Assembly: GCF_006345805.1 (NCBI RefSeq)
Contig: NC_043010.1
Coordinates: 45,074,001-45,138,000 of the forward strand
Length of the DNA stretch: 64,000 bases
Reading direction: 5' to 3'
Source of the DNA: Octopus sinensis
Lineage: Eukaryota
Position numbers and translations under genes: made by a program. The notes beneath the pieces were generated by a model. It saw only the letters and a list, made by a program, of their open reading frames with translations. It did no database searches and was not told the DNA's origin. Shown here piece after piece: positions 38,904-51,289 of this stretch (positions are counted from its first letter, which is position 1; every line of letters starts with the position of its first letter).

Positions 38904-41093
38904 CATTATTGCTCTTGTTGTTCTTGTTGTTATTATTATTATTCTATGTTTGACTTTTGCTTTATATTTGTACAAGTTGGTTCAATTCCCTTCGTCATTT
39001 CACCACTTGGCATACATATGCCTTCTCTCCTGACAAGCTATCCTCGTCTCATCACCATCCCAGCACATTTTGAACGTCGAAACTCCGTCTTGATATTCAA
39101 GAAAATCCGCACAGACTGGACTAGGCTGTCCAGTTCTGTCTCCCATTTTGTATACAACTTCAAGTCATCCATGAATAGCAAGTGGTTTAGTCTTCCCTTT
39201 CCTCTTCCCATATCGTACCCCAACTTTGTCTTCTGTGGTATTTCACTCAAGGGGATCACTGGGGACACACTGTTCCCATGGAAAATTCCTCTCTTGATTT
39301 TCAGGTCTCCTATTACCTGATTCCCTGCTGTTGATTCAGTTCTCCAGCATTTCATATTGTTCCATATAAGGTTTCTTATGTTTTCTGCAACTCCATATAC
39401 TTCCGTGGCTTTGTAATCCAGGAGTGTGGTATCATATCGTATGTTTTACGATAGTCAGTCTATGCCATATTCAGGGTTGTGTATCTTCTCTTGCGGTTTC
39501 TGATAATTAGATTATCAATTAACAGCTGATCTTTCGTTTCCCGCTCTTCTTTCGACATCCTTTCTGTTAATAGCTAGAAGCCCACTTTTTTCTAAGTATC
39601 TATACAGATCATTGGCCAGAGTACTTGACATAGTTTCCACATTAGCGGAAGATACGTTATTGGTTGAAAGTTGGATGCAATATTACCCTTTATCTGATCC
39701 TTGCCGCCTAACAATGTCTTTCCCTTTGTCATCCAGCTGGGTACTGCATCTTCTTTCAAGCACTCATCTAGGTGTTGCGCTATCCTTTCATGTAGCCTGC
39801 GCAGCTTCTTCATTCAATAACCTTGCATCTCATTCGGTCCTGGGCTCTTCTAATTTAGATATTTCCTTAACTATTTTCTTTAGCATTTCTGTAGTTCTTT
39901 TTATGTTCTCTTGGCCTTCTATTTTTCTTAACCAATCTTGGATTATTTGTCGGAGCTCCTGGAGTCTTGCATGCCTAGCGAGCTTTGTTATTATTATTAT
40001 TTATTATTATTATTAATCATTATTGCTCTTGTTGTTCTTGTTGTTATTATTATTATTCTATGTTTGACTTTTGCTTTATATTTGTACAAGTTGGTTCATT
40101 CCCTTCGTCATTTCACCACTTGGCATACATATGCCTTCTCTCCTGACAGCTATCCTCGTCTCATCACATCCCAGCACATTTTGAACGTCGAAACTCCGTC
40201 TTGATATTCAAGAAAATCCGCACAGACTGGACTAGGCTGTCCAGTTCTGTCTCCCATTTTGTATACAACTTCAAGTCATCCATGAATAGCAAGTGGTTTA
40301 GTCTTCCCTTTCTCTTCCCATATCGTACCCCAACTTTGTCTTCTGTGGTATTTCACTCAGGGGATCACTGGGGACACACTGTTCCCATGGAAAATTCCTC
40401 TCTTGATTTTCAGGTCTCCTATTACCTGATTCCCTGCTGTTGATTCAGTTCTCCAGCATTTCATATTGTTCCATATAAGGTTTCTTATGTTTTCTGCAAC
40501 TCCATATACTTCCGTGGCTTTTGTAATCCAGGAGTGTGGTATCATATCGTATGTTTTACGATAGTCAGTCTATGCCATATTCAGGGTTGTGGTATCTTCT
40601 CTTGCGGTTTCTGATAATTAGATTATCAATTAACAGCTGATCTTTCGTTTCCCGCTCTTCTTTCGACATCCTTTCTGTTTAATAGCTAGAAGCCCACTTT
40701 TTTCTAAGTATCTATACAGATCATTGGCCAGAGTACTTGACATAGTTTCCACATTAGCGGAAGATACGTTATTGGTTGAAAGTTGGATGCAATATTACCC
40801 TTTATCTGATCCTTGCCGCCTAACAATGTCTTTCCCTTTGTCATCCAGCTGGGTACTGCATCTTCTTTCAAGCACTCATCTAGGTGTTGCGCTATCCTTT
40901 CATGTAGCCTGCGCAGCTTCTTATTCAATAACCTTGCATCTCATTCGTCCTGGGCTCTTCTAATTTAGATATTTCCTTAACTATTTTCTTTAGCATTTCT
41001 GTAGTTCTTTTTATGTTCTCTTGGCCTTCTATTTTTCTTAACCAATCTTGGATTATTTGTCGGAGCTCCTGGAGTCTTGCATGCCTAGCGAGC

Positions 41094-41124
<31 letters not shown>

Positions 41125-41205
41125 ATCATTATTGCTCTTGTTGTTCTTGTTGTTATTATTATTATTCTATGTTTGACTTTTGCTTTATATTTGTACAAGT
41201 TGGCT
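37861..41205. repeat. Tandem triplication of a ~1.11-kb unit (Dong RT fragment + (TTA)n + ~40 bp of another Dong 3' end)
   Basis: Unit starts at 37861, 38979 and 40093; copies differ almost only by 1-nt indels. Confidence 0.95.
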
Positions 41206-42185
41206 CCAAGTCTCACCCAGAGACATCAAGAGACAACAGGTTGGAAGTTCATGTTGTTGTTATGCCTAGTGTGCCATATATTTTTTTTTTGGGGGGGGGG
41301 TTGTACTAATGAATGTCTAAAAAAACAATTTTTTTTAAAAACCGAAAATTATGTTTGTTTTAAACCTTGAGATTACATAAAGTATTTTGCGTAGGATATG
41401 AGCAGTTACCATGAGCACTATCTTTTGAATTTCTGCCATTTTTGGGTTTCCTGGTATCTGAGCTAGGTAGCTATCAGCCCCTTTTGCTATCATTCCCAGG
41501 GCACCTATGACAACAGGTATTGTTTTAGTCTTCAGGCTCCACATTTTGCTAATTTCTATTTCAAGATCTTTATACTTGTTCAGTTTTTGGTAGGTCTTGA
41601 CAGATACGTTTATATCGATTGGGACAGTCATATCAATGAGGAGACGTGATTTTTGTCTGAAGTCTTTCAATATGATGTCTGGCCTATTTGCATCTATCTT
41701 TCTGTCAGTTTGAATGGTGAAGTTCCAGAGGAGTGAGATGTGGTCATTTTCAAGCACTGGGAGTTGTTTGTGTTCCCACCAGTTTTTATCATGGGGCAAA
41801 TCCAGGTTTTTGCAGATTATCCAGTGAATATATTGTGCAGCTCTATCGTGCCTGTTGAGATACTCTGTAGGCGCTAGAAGACTGCACTTGGAGACCACAT
41901 GATCAATGGTTTCATTTTGTTGCTGGCATACACGACACGTTGGACTGCTTCTGATCTTTAATATGTTGGCCTGGTAGTTTCTTGTTGGTAGGCATTGATC
42001 TTGAGCTGCTATGATAAACCCCTCTGTTTCAGATTTTAAGCCAGAGGCCATTAGCCATTGATGGGTCAGGGCTTTGCTCTCTTTGGGTATTTGCCATAGA
42101 GAGGTTTTTCTTGCCATTTATCATTCAGAATATCTAAGGCCGCAGATTTAGCACGGGTTTTCATGCGCTTAGCTTTTTCTGTGCC
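41167..42185 (-). mobile_element. R4/Dong family A, 5'-truncated copy (RLE domain plus 3' UTR)
   Basis: ORF 41335-42117 with CRVC..ETIDHVVSKC and RPDIILKD..LLIDMTVP; both ends in (TAA)n. Confidence 0.92.
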
Positions 42186-42187
42186 TG

Positions 42188-42238
<51 letters not shown>

Positions 42239-42256
42239 TTATTATTATTATTATTA

Positions 42257-45200
42257 CTTTTTTTTTCTTCTTTCAAATTTGCTTCCATTTCTTGCCGAGT
42301 GTCTTCCCGACTCTTAGGGCAAAGAAACTCATAGTATACATTGGTAGGCCATTAAACCAAACTCAGTTGTTCGTTAATTTAAAAAAATTTTTTTTTTCAA
42401 GTTAAATTAAAATACATGAGCAGTAACAGTTCTCACATCGACAATGCTCTTCTCAATACGTGTGATGTACCAGTTAAGACAATCTTTTGCACTTCTTGCA
42501 GGGATGGTAAGCCAGGGATCATTCTCATATAATTTTCGGTTCCCTTCTTGATCATTCCTAGTGCTCCTACGATCACTGGTATTGTAACCGCCTTGAGATG
42601 CCACATTTTCTCAATTTCAATGAGTAGGTCTTTATATTTTCTGAGCTTGTCAAACTCTTCGCTGAGATATTATGATCACAGGGGATGCTCATGTCGATCA
42701 ATAAGCAAACTTTATTGTTTTGGTCTTTCACAACAATATATGGTTTATTGGCCTTGATGGTTCGGTCTGTATGTACTGGAAAGTCCCACAGAATGGTTAC
42801 ATTTTCTCCTTCAGTTACAGCCTCAGGGTGGTGATTATACCACTTGTCGGCAGTTTTGATATTGTAATGCCGACTTATTAGCCAGTGGAGATATTGGCCA
42901 ACTCTGTCATGTCTTAATTTATACTCCACTGGTGCTAAGACTTTACATACAGAGATTAGGTGGTCCACTGTTTCAATCATGTCGTTGCAGAATCGGCATT
43001 TTGGGTCTGCTCCATTTTTCATCACATTGGCCTGGTAGTTCCGGGTTAATAGGCTTTGATCTTGAGCAGCCAGGATGAAACCTTCGCTCTCTGCTTTCAG
43101 CCCTGAGCTCCGTAGCCACTGATGGGTTTGCTTCTGGTCAACATCAGCTTGTTTGCTGCGGGTCACATATTTGCCGTGCAGAGGTTTCTCCTCCCACCTA
43201 TCAGCCAATTGCTCGTGCGCTTTTTTCATTGCCATCATTTTCACCTTCTTTGTAACAATAGTTGCCGTACTTCCCTCGGGTTGTTCAGTTTGGGTATCCT
43301 GCACGAGATCAATAGCAAATTTTTTGCTTTCCTTTATGATAGAATGAAGCTTCTTTCGTCTCTCGTGATTTTCCACGAGCTTTAGCATCCAGTCATTCGA
43401 TATTTCGAGATATTTGGCCAGTCCAATTGTGGTTGTTTTGTAAGCTAGTTCAAATTGGATCAGGCCTCGACCTCCTTGGGCTCTGGGAAGGTAAAGGCGA
43501 TCTACGTCTGCCTTTGGGTGGTGCATCCTATTACAACTCAGCAGCTTGCGTATTTTCCTATCTATATTCTTTACTTCGCTCATATTCCAGTTCAACACAT
43601 TGTAGCTATAAGTAACAACTGGAACTGCTAAGGAATTTATAGCTAACACTTTGTTACGTGCATTTAGTTCAGATTTCAGGACTGCACGAACTCTCCTATA
43701 ACATTCCTTCCTGATTTTCTCTTTCATGCTTGCATGCTGAATACCAGAGCCTTCATTTATCCCTAAATATTTGTATGTTTGTTCTTGCTCAAGCTCTCTT
43801 ATGACTGTGTCAACATCTAACACGACTGAATTTGGGGTCTTCACTTTCCCTTTCTGGAAAGTGGCCTTGGCACACTTCTCAAGTCCAAACTCCATCCCGA
43901 TGTCATCGCTGAATGCTTTCACGGTGCGCAATAGGCCTTCAAGTTCATTATTGTCTTTACCATAAAGTTTTAAGTCATCCATATAAAATAGATGGCTTAT
44001 TTTTTTATTGGCAATTTTATACCCATACCCTGTTCTGTTTAATTCACTTGTAAGGGGTATTAGGGCTATGCAAAATATTAAAGGTGAAATTGAGTCACCT
44101 TGAAAAATTCCACAGTTAATGTTTATATTTTCTGAGGCAAGTACTCCATTAGAGTGGTATAATTGGAGATTCGTATTCCACAACGACATATTGTGCTTCA
44201 GGAAGTTTGAAATCACAGGGGAAATTTTGAAGATGTCCAGCGATCTCAAGATCCATGGATGCGGTATACTGTCGAAGGCCTTTTTATAGTCAATCCATGC
44301 GGTGCTGAGATTTCTGCGCTTGTTGTGACAGTTCTCAAGGATCATACGATTGATTAGCAGTTGATCTTTGCATCCGTAAGAGCCTCGACGGCACCCTTTT
44401 TGTTCAATGGGGAAAATATCGTTCTTCTCCATGAATGCATATGTTTTCTCCGCCAGGATAGATGTTAGGATTTTATACGTGGTGGATAGACAGGTTATAG
44501 GCCGATAGTTTTTTGGAAGGTTGGTTTCGTTATTCTTTGGGAGTAGGTAAGTAATGCCACTTGCTAACCATTCAGGTGTTTTCTTTGGGTCTCTCATAAT
44601 TCCATTGAGCAGCTGAACTAGCTTACCGTGTGCGCATGGGAGCGATGCGAGCCAGAAATTCGGCACCCTATCTTTACCGGGGTATTTCCAATTATGGGCC
44701 TTCGTGAGTGCCTTTCTTAGGTCTGCTATTGTGATGTCTTCCCATGCTTGTTGTTGTAAATTTTGGTAGGATCCTTCAGTTTGTATAATCCAGTCTGCAT
44801 TTATGTTGTACGTCTTCTTGTCACTCCAAGTCCTTTTCCAAAAGTTTTGAACTTCTTCCATGGGAGGGGGTGTCTTTAACGGTTACTTTCTCCTTCCCTA
44901 TTTCTCTGTAGAATTTTTTGGCATTGGATGTGAACAGCTTATTTTGCTTGTAAAACTTGTTTCTCTTCTCAAATCTTCGTATTCTTTGGGCTTTTGCTAG
45001 GACTTTTTGTTTCAGCGTTTCTTTTATTGATATCAGTTCTTCTCTTGGTGAGGATCCAAATTTTCTCTTCATCTTTCTTCCTGTTCTGGATCTTACATCA
45101 TTTCCACATATTAGTTCATTTAATATTGATATTTCCCCTCTCATAAATTCAATCTCTTTTTCAATTTTACTTCTCCAGGTTTGATTTCTTCCCAGGTTTT

Positions 45201-46230
45201 GTTTTCTTTGTTTTTTCGGGGGCACACAGCTGGTTTCAATTGCCCTAGCAGAAGCGTAAATAATTTCATTTAACTCAGTAAAATCAGGTTTTAATTCTTG
45301 TATTATTTCATTTGTAACATAGTTGCCAATTTGGATTTGTTTTTTATTTTGGTTTGTATTTGAGAGTTTATGAAGTGGTTCTCTATCATTCATACTTGTA
45401 TGTCTTACAACTTCAAGCGTATTCAGGATTTTCTGCCTCATTTCTGCCATAGACTCTCTGTGTTCTTCAGCAAATGCGAGATCTTCAGTTACTGTTGTTT
45501 TTTCGTTTTCCTGGCTATCTTTAACAGGTACAATAGAATTTCTTGTATCTTCAGGACTTTGCGTACTTTGGTCAGATGGCAGTCTTTCAATTAAGCCTCG
45601 TGGCGGGCTATACTGTTCATCTGATTCTTCATTTCCTTTGTGTCTTATATTTATGTCATTTTCCGTTGCGTGCTTGATCGCGCTTATTTCACTGTCTGTG
45701 AGTCTGTTATTTCTAAGGATATCCCTCCTCACATTTGCTAATTTGTTCTCGTCCAAATAGGGCCTACTGTCTTGATTCCGTGTTCTCCATATACTGTAAT
45801 AGTTTGCGGTGTGTCTCTATTGAGATGGCCTACCTAATGCATAGTAATAAGCGTATATTACTTCTTTATACTCTTCTCGGGTCCATTTGTTCCGCTTACA
45901 TTTTTCTTTCTGTGGTGGTTGTGGTGGTGAACTTGGAGGGCTCGAGTTGGGGGATTTCCCGTTCAAGTGAAAATCCATGTCCGTATTCGGAGAAGAGTTT
46001 GTGCCAGTTGATGACTTTTCGATCCCAGGCTGGCTCTTCCCTGGGGGACGCGCTTCCAGATTAACCATAGGACAAGCGATTTGGTATACTGATTTAGTTT
46101 TCCTTTTAGTTTCCAAAAACATTTTGGTGCTACGATAATGTTATCATTTTTTAGCTTTGATTGGCTCGTGGGGAGACGGCCATCATTGCCGTTACAATTA
46201 TAATTGTACCATTATAGCAGCCGTAGTCGG
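42257..46230 (-). mobile_element. R4/Dong family B, full-length LINE
   Basis: N-terminal KWTREEYKEVIYAYY, RT (FYMDD), CCHC knuckle and RLE-like site; 3' end at (TAA)n 42190-42256, 5' end at a TAA/GAT-rich tract. Confidence 0.93.
42433..46122 (-). pseudogene. Family B single ORF (~1229 aa when repaired)
   Basis: Three track ORFs join with one in-frame TAG (45817-45819), a +1 in a C-run (~44865) and a -1 in an A-run (~42660); repaired length 3690 nt = 1230 codons. Confidence 0.85.
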
Positions 46231-46686
46231 CTTATTATTGTTATTATCATCACCATTACCATCACTATCATCATTATCACCACCATTACCATCATCATTA
46301 TCATCATCACCATCACCATCACCACCATCATCATCAATGATATTGTTTTATGTGTAGTCACAGCAGTATTTTATTATTGTTATTTTTGTTTTTTTTATCA
46401 TTATCACCATCACAGTAGTGTCTGTCTGTCTCGTTGGCTGGCTTGGTGGTTGGCTGGCTGACTGTCTTCAACACCAGAGTTCTTGCCTGTCAAATAATAC
46501 TTTCTTTGTGTTGGTTGAACTTTTTGAGTGTGTGTGTGTAGATAGATAGATAGATTATCAGCACTATTACTATCATTATTATCATCATCACCATCAGTGA
46601 TATATATACTTTTTTTTTTTAGGTGGGGTCCTATCGGTCAAAAAAAGTTCAGATGTTTACTACTATTAGGCTTAAGAAAAATTAAG

Positions 46687-47720
46687 GAAGGGCTGTTCTG
46701 TATTGTTTGTGAATAGAGAAGTTGTGTACGACCAGAGAGAATCTTAGCATCATCATTTTTTTTTTCCATGTGCGTTTGTGTTATTGCAATAAAAAGTGTT
46801 TGTATATTTCCTGTAAGGTAATATTGTGGAGGTTGAAGTTCACTTTTCTAGAGATGTTTGTATGTCCAGTTAGAAGAACAGGTGTGTTTTTACAATAAAA
46901 AGTATATGTTTACATTTATATTTGAATATTCAGGGAGGAAGCAAAGAAAAATCAGATTTTCATAGAAAGTTTTAGGGTTTTGTAAGTCCACAGAAAGAAA
47001 AGCGTGATGTTTTTAGAGAGAAGAAAAAAAAAAGGATGTTTACAGAGGCAATTGTGGGTATCAAAGTTTTTAAAGCTGGTCGAATGTATGATTGAAAACT
47101 GTAGATATGTAAATTTGTAAATTTTCTCAACTTATTTTGAAGGGCTGTTCTGTATTATTTGTGAATAGAGAAGCTGTGTTCGACCAGAGAGAATCTTAGC
47201 ATCATTATTTTTTCCATGTGCGTTTGTGTTATTGCAATAAAAAGTGTTTGTATATTTCGTGCTTATTTTGAAGGGCTGTTCAGTATTATTTGTGAATAGA
47301 GAAGCTGTGTTCGACCAGAGAGAATCTTAGCATCATTATTTTTTCCATGTGCGTTTGTGTTATTGCAATAAAAAGTGTTTGAATATTTCGTGCAAGGTAA
47401 TATTGTGGAGGTTGAAGTTGACCCCTCTAGAGATGTTTGTATGTCCAGTTAGAAGAACAGGTGTGTTTTTGCAATAAAGAGTATATGTTTACATTTATAT
47501 TTGAATATTCTGGGAGGAAGCAAAGAAAAGTCAGATTTTCATAGAAAGTTTTAGGGTTTTGCAAGTCCACAAAAAGAAAAGCGTGATGTTTTTAGAGAGA
47601 AGAAAAAAAAAGGGTGCTTACAGAGGCAGTTGTGGGTATTAAAGTTTTTAAAGCCGATCGGATGTATGTTTGAAAGCTGCAGATATGTAAATTTGTAAAT
47701 TTCTTAACCCACTTTGAAGA
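46687..47720. repeat. Tandem repeat: two ~450-bp units separated by a ~130-bp partial unit
   Basis: GAAGGGCTGTTCTGTATT...GAATAGAGAAG recurs near 46687, 47140 and 47269. Confidence 0.85.
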
Positions 47721-47880
47721 GGATTTCAAATACTCACGAGGTATTGTAGATGTTCCAGTCTTTGAGAGTTATTTTTCCCCGTTGCTAAACTGGCCCATAT
47801 TAGTGTTTCTATGGCTTTCAGCCACCGAACTGTCAGAGCAGTGAGGAACACGTCCATCCGCTGTCAAGGCTGGCGCTATC

Positions 47881-47920
<40 letters not shown>

Positions 47921-47949
47921 CATTATTATTATTACCATGATTATTATTA

Positions 47950-48700
47950 TTATATGAAAACTCACAGCTTATTTTGCTGGATCTGATGGAAAGTGTCAGC
48001 TGTCCACAGCCAGCTGACTAAGGAGATACACGTTTACTGGTCATGCTGCTAGAACCCTGCGAAGAATTCTTGCAGTTTCAAGCAATGCTGATTTTTCTAG
48101 GTGATATACCTTCACACTTGCACCGATCTTTATCAGCCATGTTGCTAGTTGAGTGCTGATGCTTCCAAGTGAACCAACTACTACTGGCATCACGTCTACC
48201 CTCTTCATTGGCACAACCTTTGTATTTCCCACTTTCAATCGTCATAGTTGTTTATTTTTCCTTCTTCATTCACATTGATCATGTTGCCACCGAGCATGCT
48301 ATGTCGATTATCATACATGTTCTTTCTTTTTTATTCACCACGACAATGTCCGGTTTCCGATGTCTGCTCAGGTGATTGCGCTGGATCATTACATGCCACA
48401 GGATTTTGCAGTTCTCATTTTCGGTGACTCCTTCTGGGGTTTGCGCATACTACGCCATTGCTCTTTGTAGGCTGTGATTTCCACAGAGCTACCAATAGCT
48501 CATTCTTTCCACATTGTCATGGCGTCTTTTGTATTTGCGTTTTGCCAATTTCAGGCATTCGCTAACGATGTGCCATACTGTTTCACCCCGCCCAGCACAC
48601 ATTTTGCGTTTTTCGCTACCGGTAGCGTTGTCAATTCTGCATTTCATATAATTGGTCCTTAACGCTTGTTCCTGAGCTGTGCATATGAGTTCTTATATCT
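47950..48700 (-). mobile_element. R4/Dong family C, 3' fragment
   Basis: RVDVMPVVVGSLGSI..LLETARILRRVL; 3' end into (TAA)n. Confidence 0.85.
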
Positions 48701-48772
48701 CTATCTTCAGGTCACTCCTCCTCATCCATAGCCACCTTATCCTCTATATTTCAAATATCTTGCAAATTGACC

Positions 48773-49278
48773 GTGACATTTTTCCCACGAGACTTCCGGA
48801 TCCCAGTAATGAACTCATTCGCATACAGCCAATCAGAGTTCATCTTGTTGTCGAGTTAACAAGCATATTGTACCAAGTAAACTAAAGACGAAAAACGGTG
48901 TTCGAAGTCGACCGATCGCCAAGTTATGCATGATTTTAGGAGACAAGTAATTAGATAGATTGCGGGCCCCATATGGTAAAGATGTGGATGGGAAAAATAT
49001 GGGTAGAGGGTGATGTGCTAGCAACCCTCTCCCATTACTGTTATACAAAATAAACAACAACACAAATAACTATGCAGAGGCAGCCATGGTCAAAACAAGA
49101 ACAACAAGTATTATTAAAAGAGAAAAGAAGCATGGTCATTCCTTACCCGAGAGACCTTATCTTATCGCCCATCACTTGTTTTGCGCTTATAAATTAGTTT
49201 GATCGTTGAGCTATGATTGGCTGTATGCAAATGAGTTCATAACTGGGGCCCGGAACTCTCGTGGGGAAAAAATTTCAC
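48773..49278. mobile_element. Non-autonomous TIR element (~65-bp TIRs)
   Basis: TTTCCCACGAGACTTCCGGATCCCAGTAATGAACTCATTCGCATACAGCCAATCA (48781) versus its reverse complement at 49211-49272; no TSD recognised. Confidence 0.8.
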
Positions 49279-49475
49279 AAACTGTACATTTTCTTTTCCT
49301 TCCCTGTTTTATCTGTTTATGTTCATTTCTTGTTTAAATTTTTCTTTAGTTACACAGTTTTCAGTATTGATGACGCCGGCCTTCTTCGTGTATTTTAACA
49401 GTGGGTTCCACGGCATTTTTTTCTTCTTTTATGTACCACGCTAGGCTGTTTTTCTCAGTTTTATTATTATTATTA

Positions 49476-51095
49476 CTGCAGAAGTTGGAGGCTTTGGAGG
49501 TCCCGCGTGATCTGGGATGCGGGAAAAGTGTGCCTGCTAACGCCGATGATGTCACCGTCAGGGTGTCGAGAAACAGACATATAGACCTGATTGACGAAAC
49601 ACTACAGGAATATGAAGCGGTGACAGGAGCAAAAATTAACGGGGAAAAGTCAGTGGGTTTGCAACTCGGCACTTGGAGAGGCAAGTCCATTCCGTCCAAT
49701 AGCGTCGTAGGGTGCTGGACAGACGGTCCCGTTAAGTTGCTCGGAGTTTGGTTTGGTCCGGACTTCCGGGTGGAGAAAAACTGGGACGCGGTGACGAGCA
49801 GGGTAGCCAATCTCACTCTGAAATGGGCCGAGAGGAAGCTGTCCTTGAAAGGACGAGCGGAGATGGCGAATGCGTATATCGCATCCATCATCTATTACCG
49901 CTTGACTGTCGTCCCTTGCCCTGTTTGCTAGCTGACCAACCTCTTCTGCTTTCTGTGGAAGGGGCGCGTTCCACTGGTCAGGCGCTCCATCTGCTGTCAA
50001 CAGCCGCTGAATGGAGAGCTGGGCATGCCGTAGTTGCTGATGTGCAGGCATACACTGAGGTTGCGACATCTCCAGCGTTTCCTTGACGGTGAGCAAGTGT
50101 GGTCACCGTTTATAAGAGACACTTTTCCACAGCTCGTCTCTTTGACTGAGCTGCAATCCTGGATTAGGCGTAGACCGAAGAGAGGTGCTTGGCACCTCGA
50201 CTGTCATCAAGCGCTCGGAGCCCTCCGCCAGGCGGACAATGCGGTCGGTGGTAGTTCCCCTCTAGCATTCTATAGAGGGCTAGTGGAGGGAAAGTGCGTC
50301 GACGTTCTCGGGGAAACTCTGGGTGTCGATGAAGGTCAACTGACCGGTCTGTTTCGAAGAACTTTCGGGTTTGGGCCTATAGATAACTTCCAGAAATCCC
50401 TTGCCTGGCAGTGCTACCGAGAGGCGCTGCCTGTTCGGGATAAACGTTACAAGCACAGAAGTGCTGTCAGCTGGGTATACTCGAGGTGCGCCCGGAACGA
50501 TGAAACCGTTCTGCACTCCCTAGTCCAGTGCCCGATTATTACTGACCTTCTGTCGCGTGTAGGACGGATCCGGCTATCAGCTGAATCCATTGTGAAGATT
50601 GCCCCGCCGCACTCTTTTGGCTGGGAGGGGAAAGCAATGGTGGCTGTAGCGGAAGAGGTAGTATGGTGGACCCGTTTGAAAGGGCTAAAGACAGATACTT
50701 TGCTCTTTGGCCAAGCCCTAATCAACATTTTCAAGTTCCACTTGAAAAAGAAGTTGAGAGTGAAGAGGGAAGTGTTGCCTTGCAGCAAGTTTGTTGAAAG
50801 GTGGGTGAATGTTGGAAGAACGGCCAGTGTGAAAGAACCAATTCTGAGCGTGCACCTGTAAAAAGGGAATCAAAGGAAAAGGGCCCTTGCTCTATTGTTC
50901 GGGCACCCGTGGCTTTCGTGGTTTTTTTCCACGTGTATTCTTAAAGCGCCTCCCCTATTGGGAATTTTAATTCGTTCAATTTTTATTGTTATTACACTGT
51001 GTACACGCAAAAACCCATTGTATCGTCCTGTTTTTGTCTTTTATGTTGTTGCATGTGTTTTAATGTATTGTATGTGAGCCCTTGTGGCCAATAAA
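49476..51095 (+). mobile_element. Tx1/L1-like LINE, 5'-truncated (RT C-half to 3' end)
   Basis: ADDVT motif, YEAVTGAKINGEKS, KLLGVWF and ETVLHSLVQC knuckle; ends TGGCCAATAAAAGAA; both junctions in (ATT)n. Confidence 0.9.
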
Positions 51096-51103
51096 AGAAT
51101 TTA

Positions 51104-51215
<112 letters not shown>

Positions 51216-51289
51216 GGCGGCAAGCTGGTAGAAACCGTAGCACGCCGGGCGAAATGCGTAGCCGTATTTCGTCTGCCGTTACGAGGCAG

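Noticed and set aside
37861-47720. Regularly spaced repeats as a CRISPR-like array
   Set aside because: Units are 0.13-1.1 kb LINE-derived or satellite-like tandem copies without unique spacers, in a eukaryotic context.
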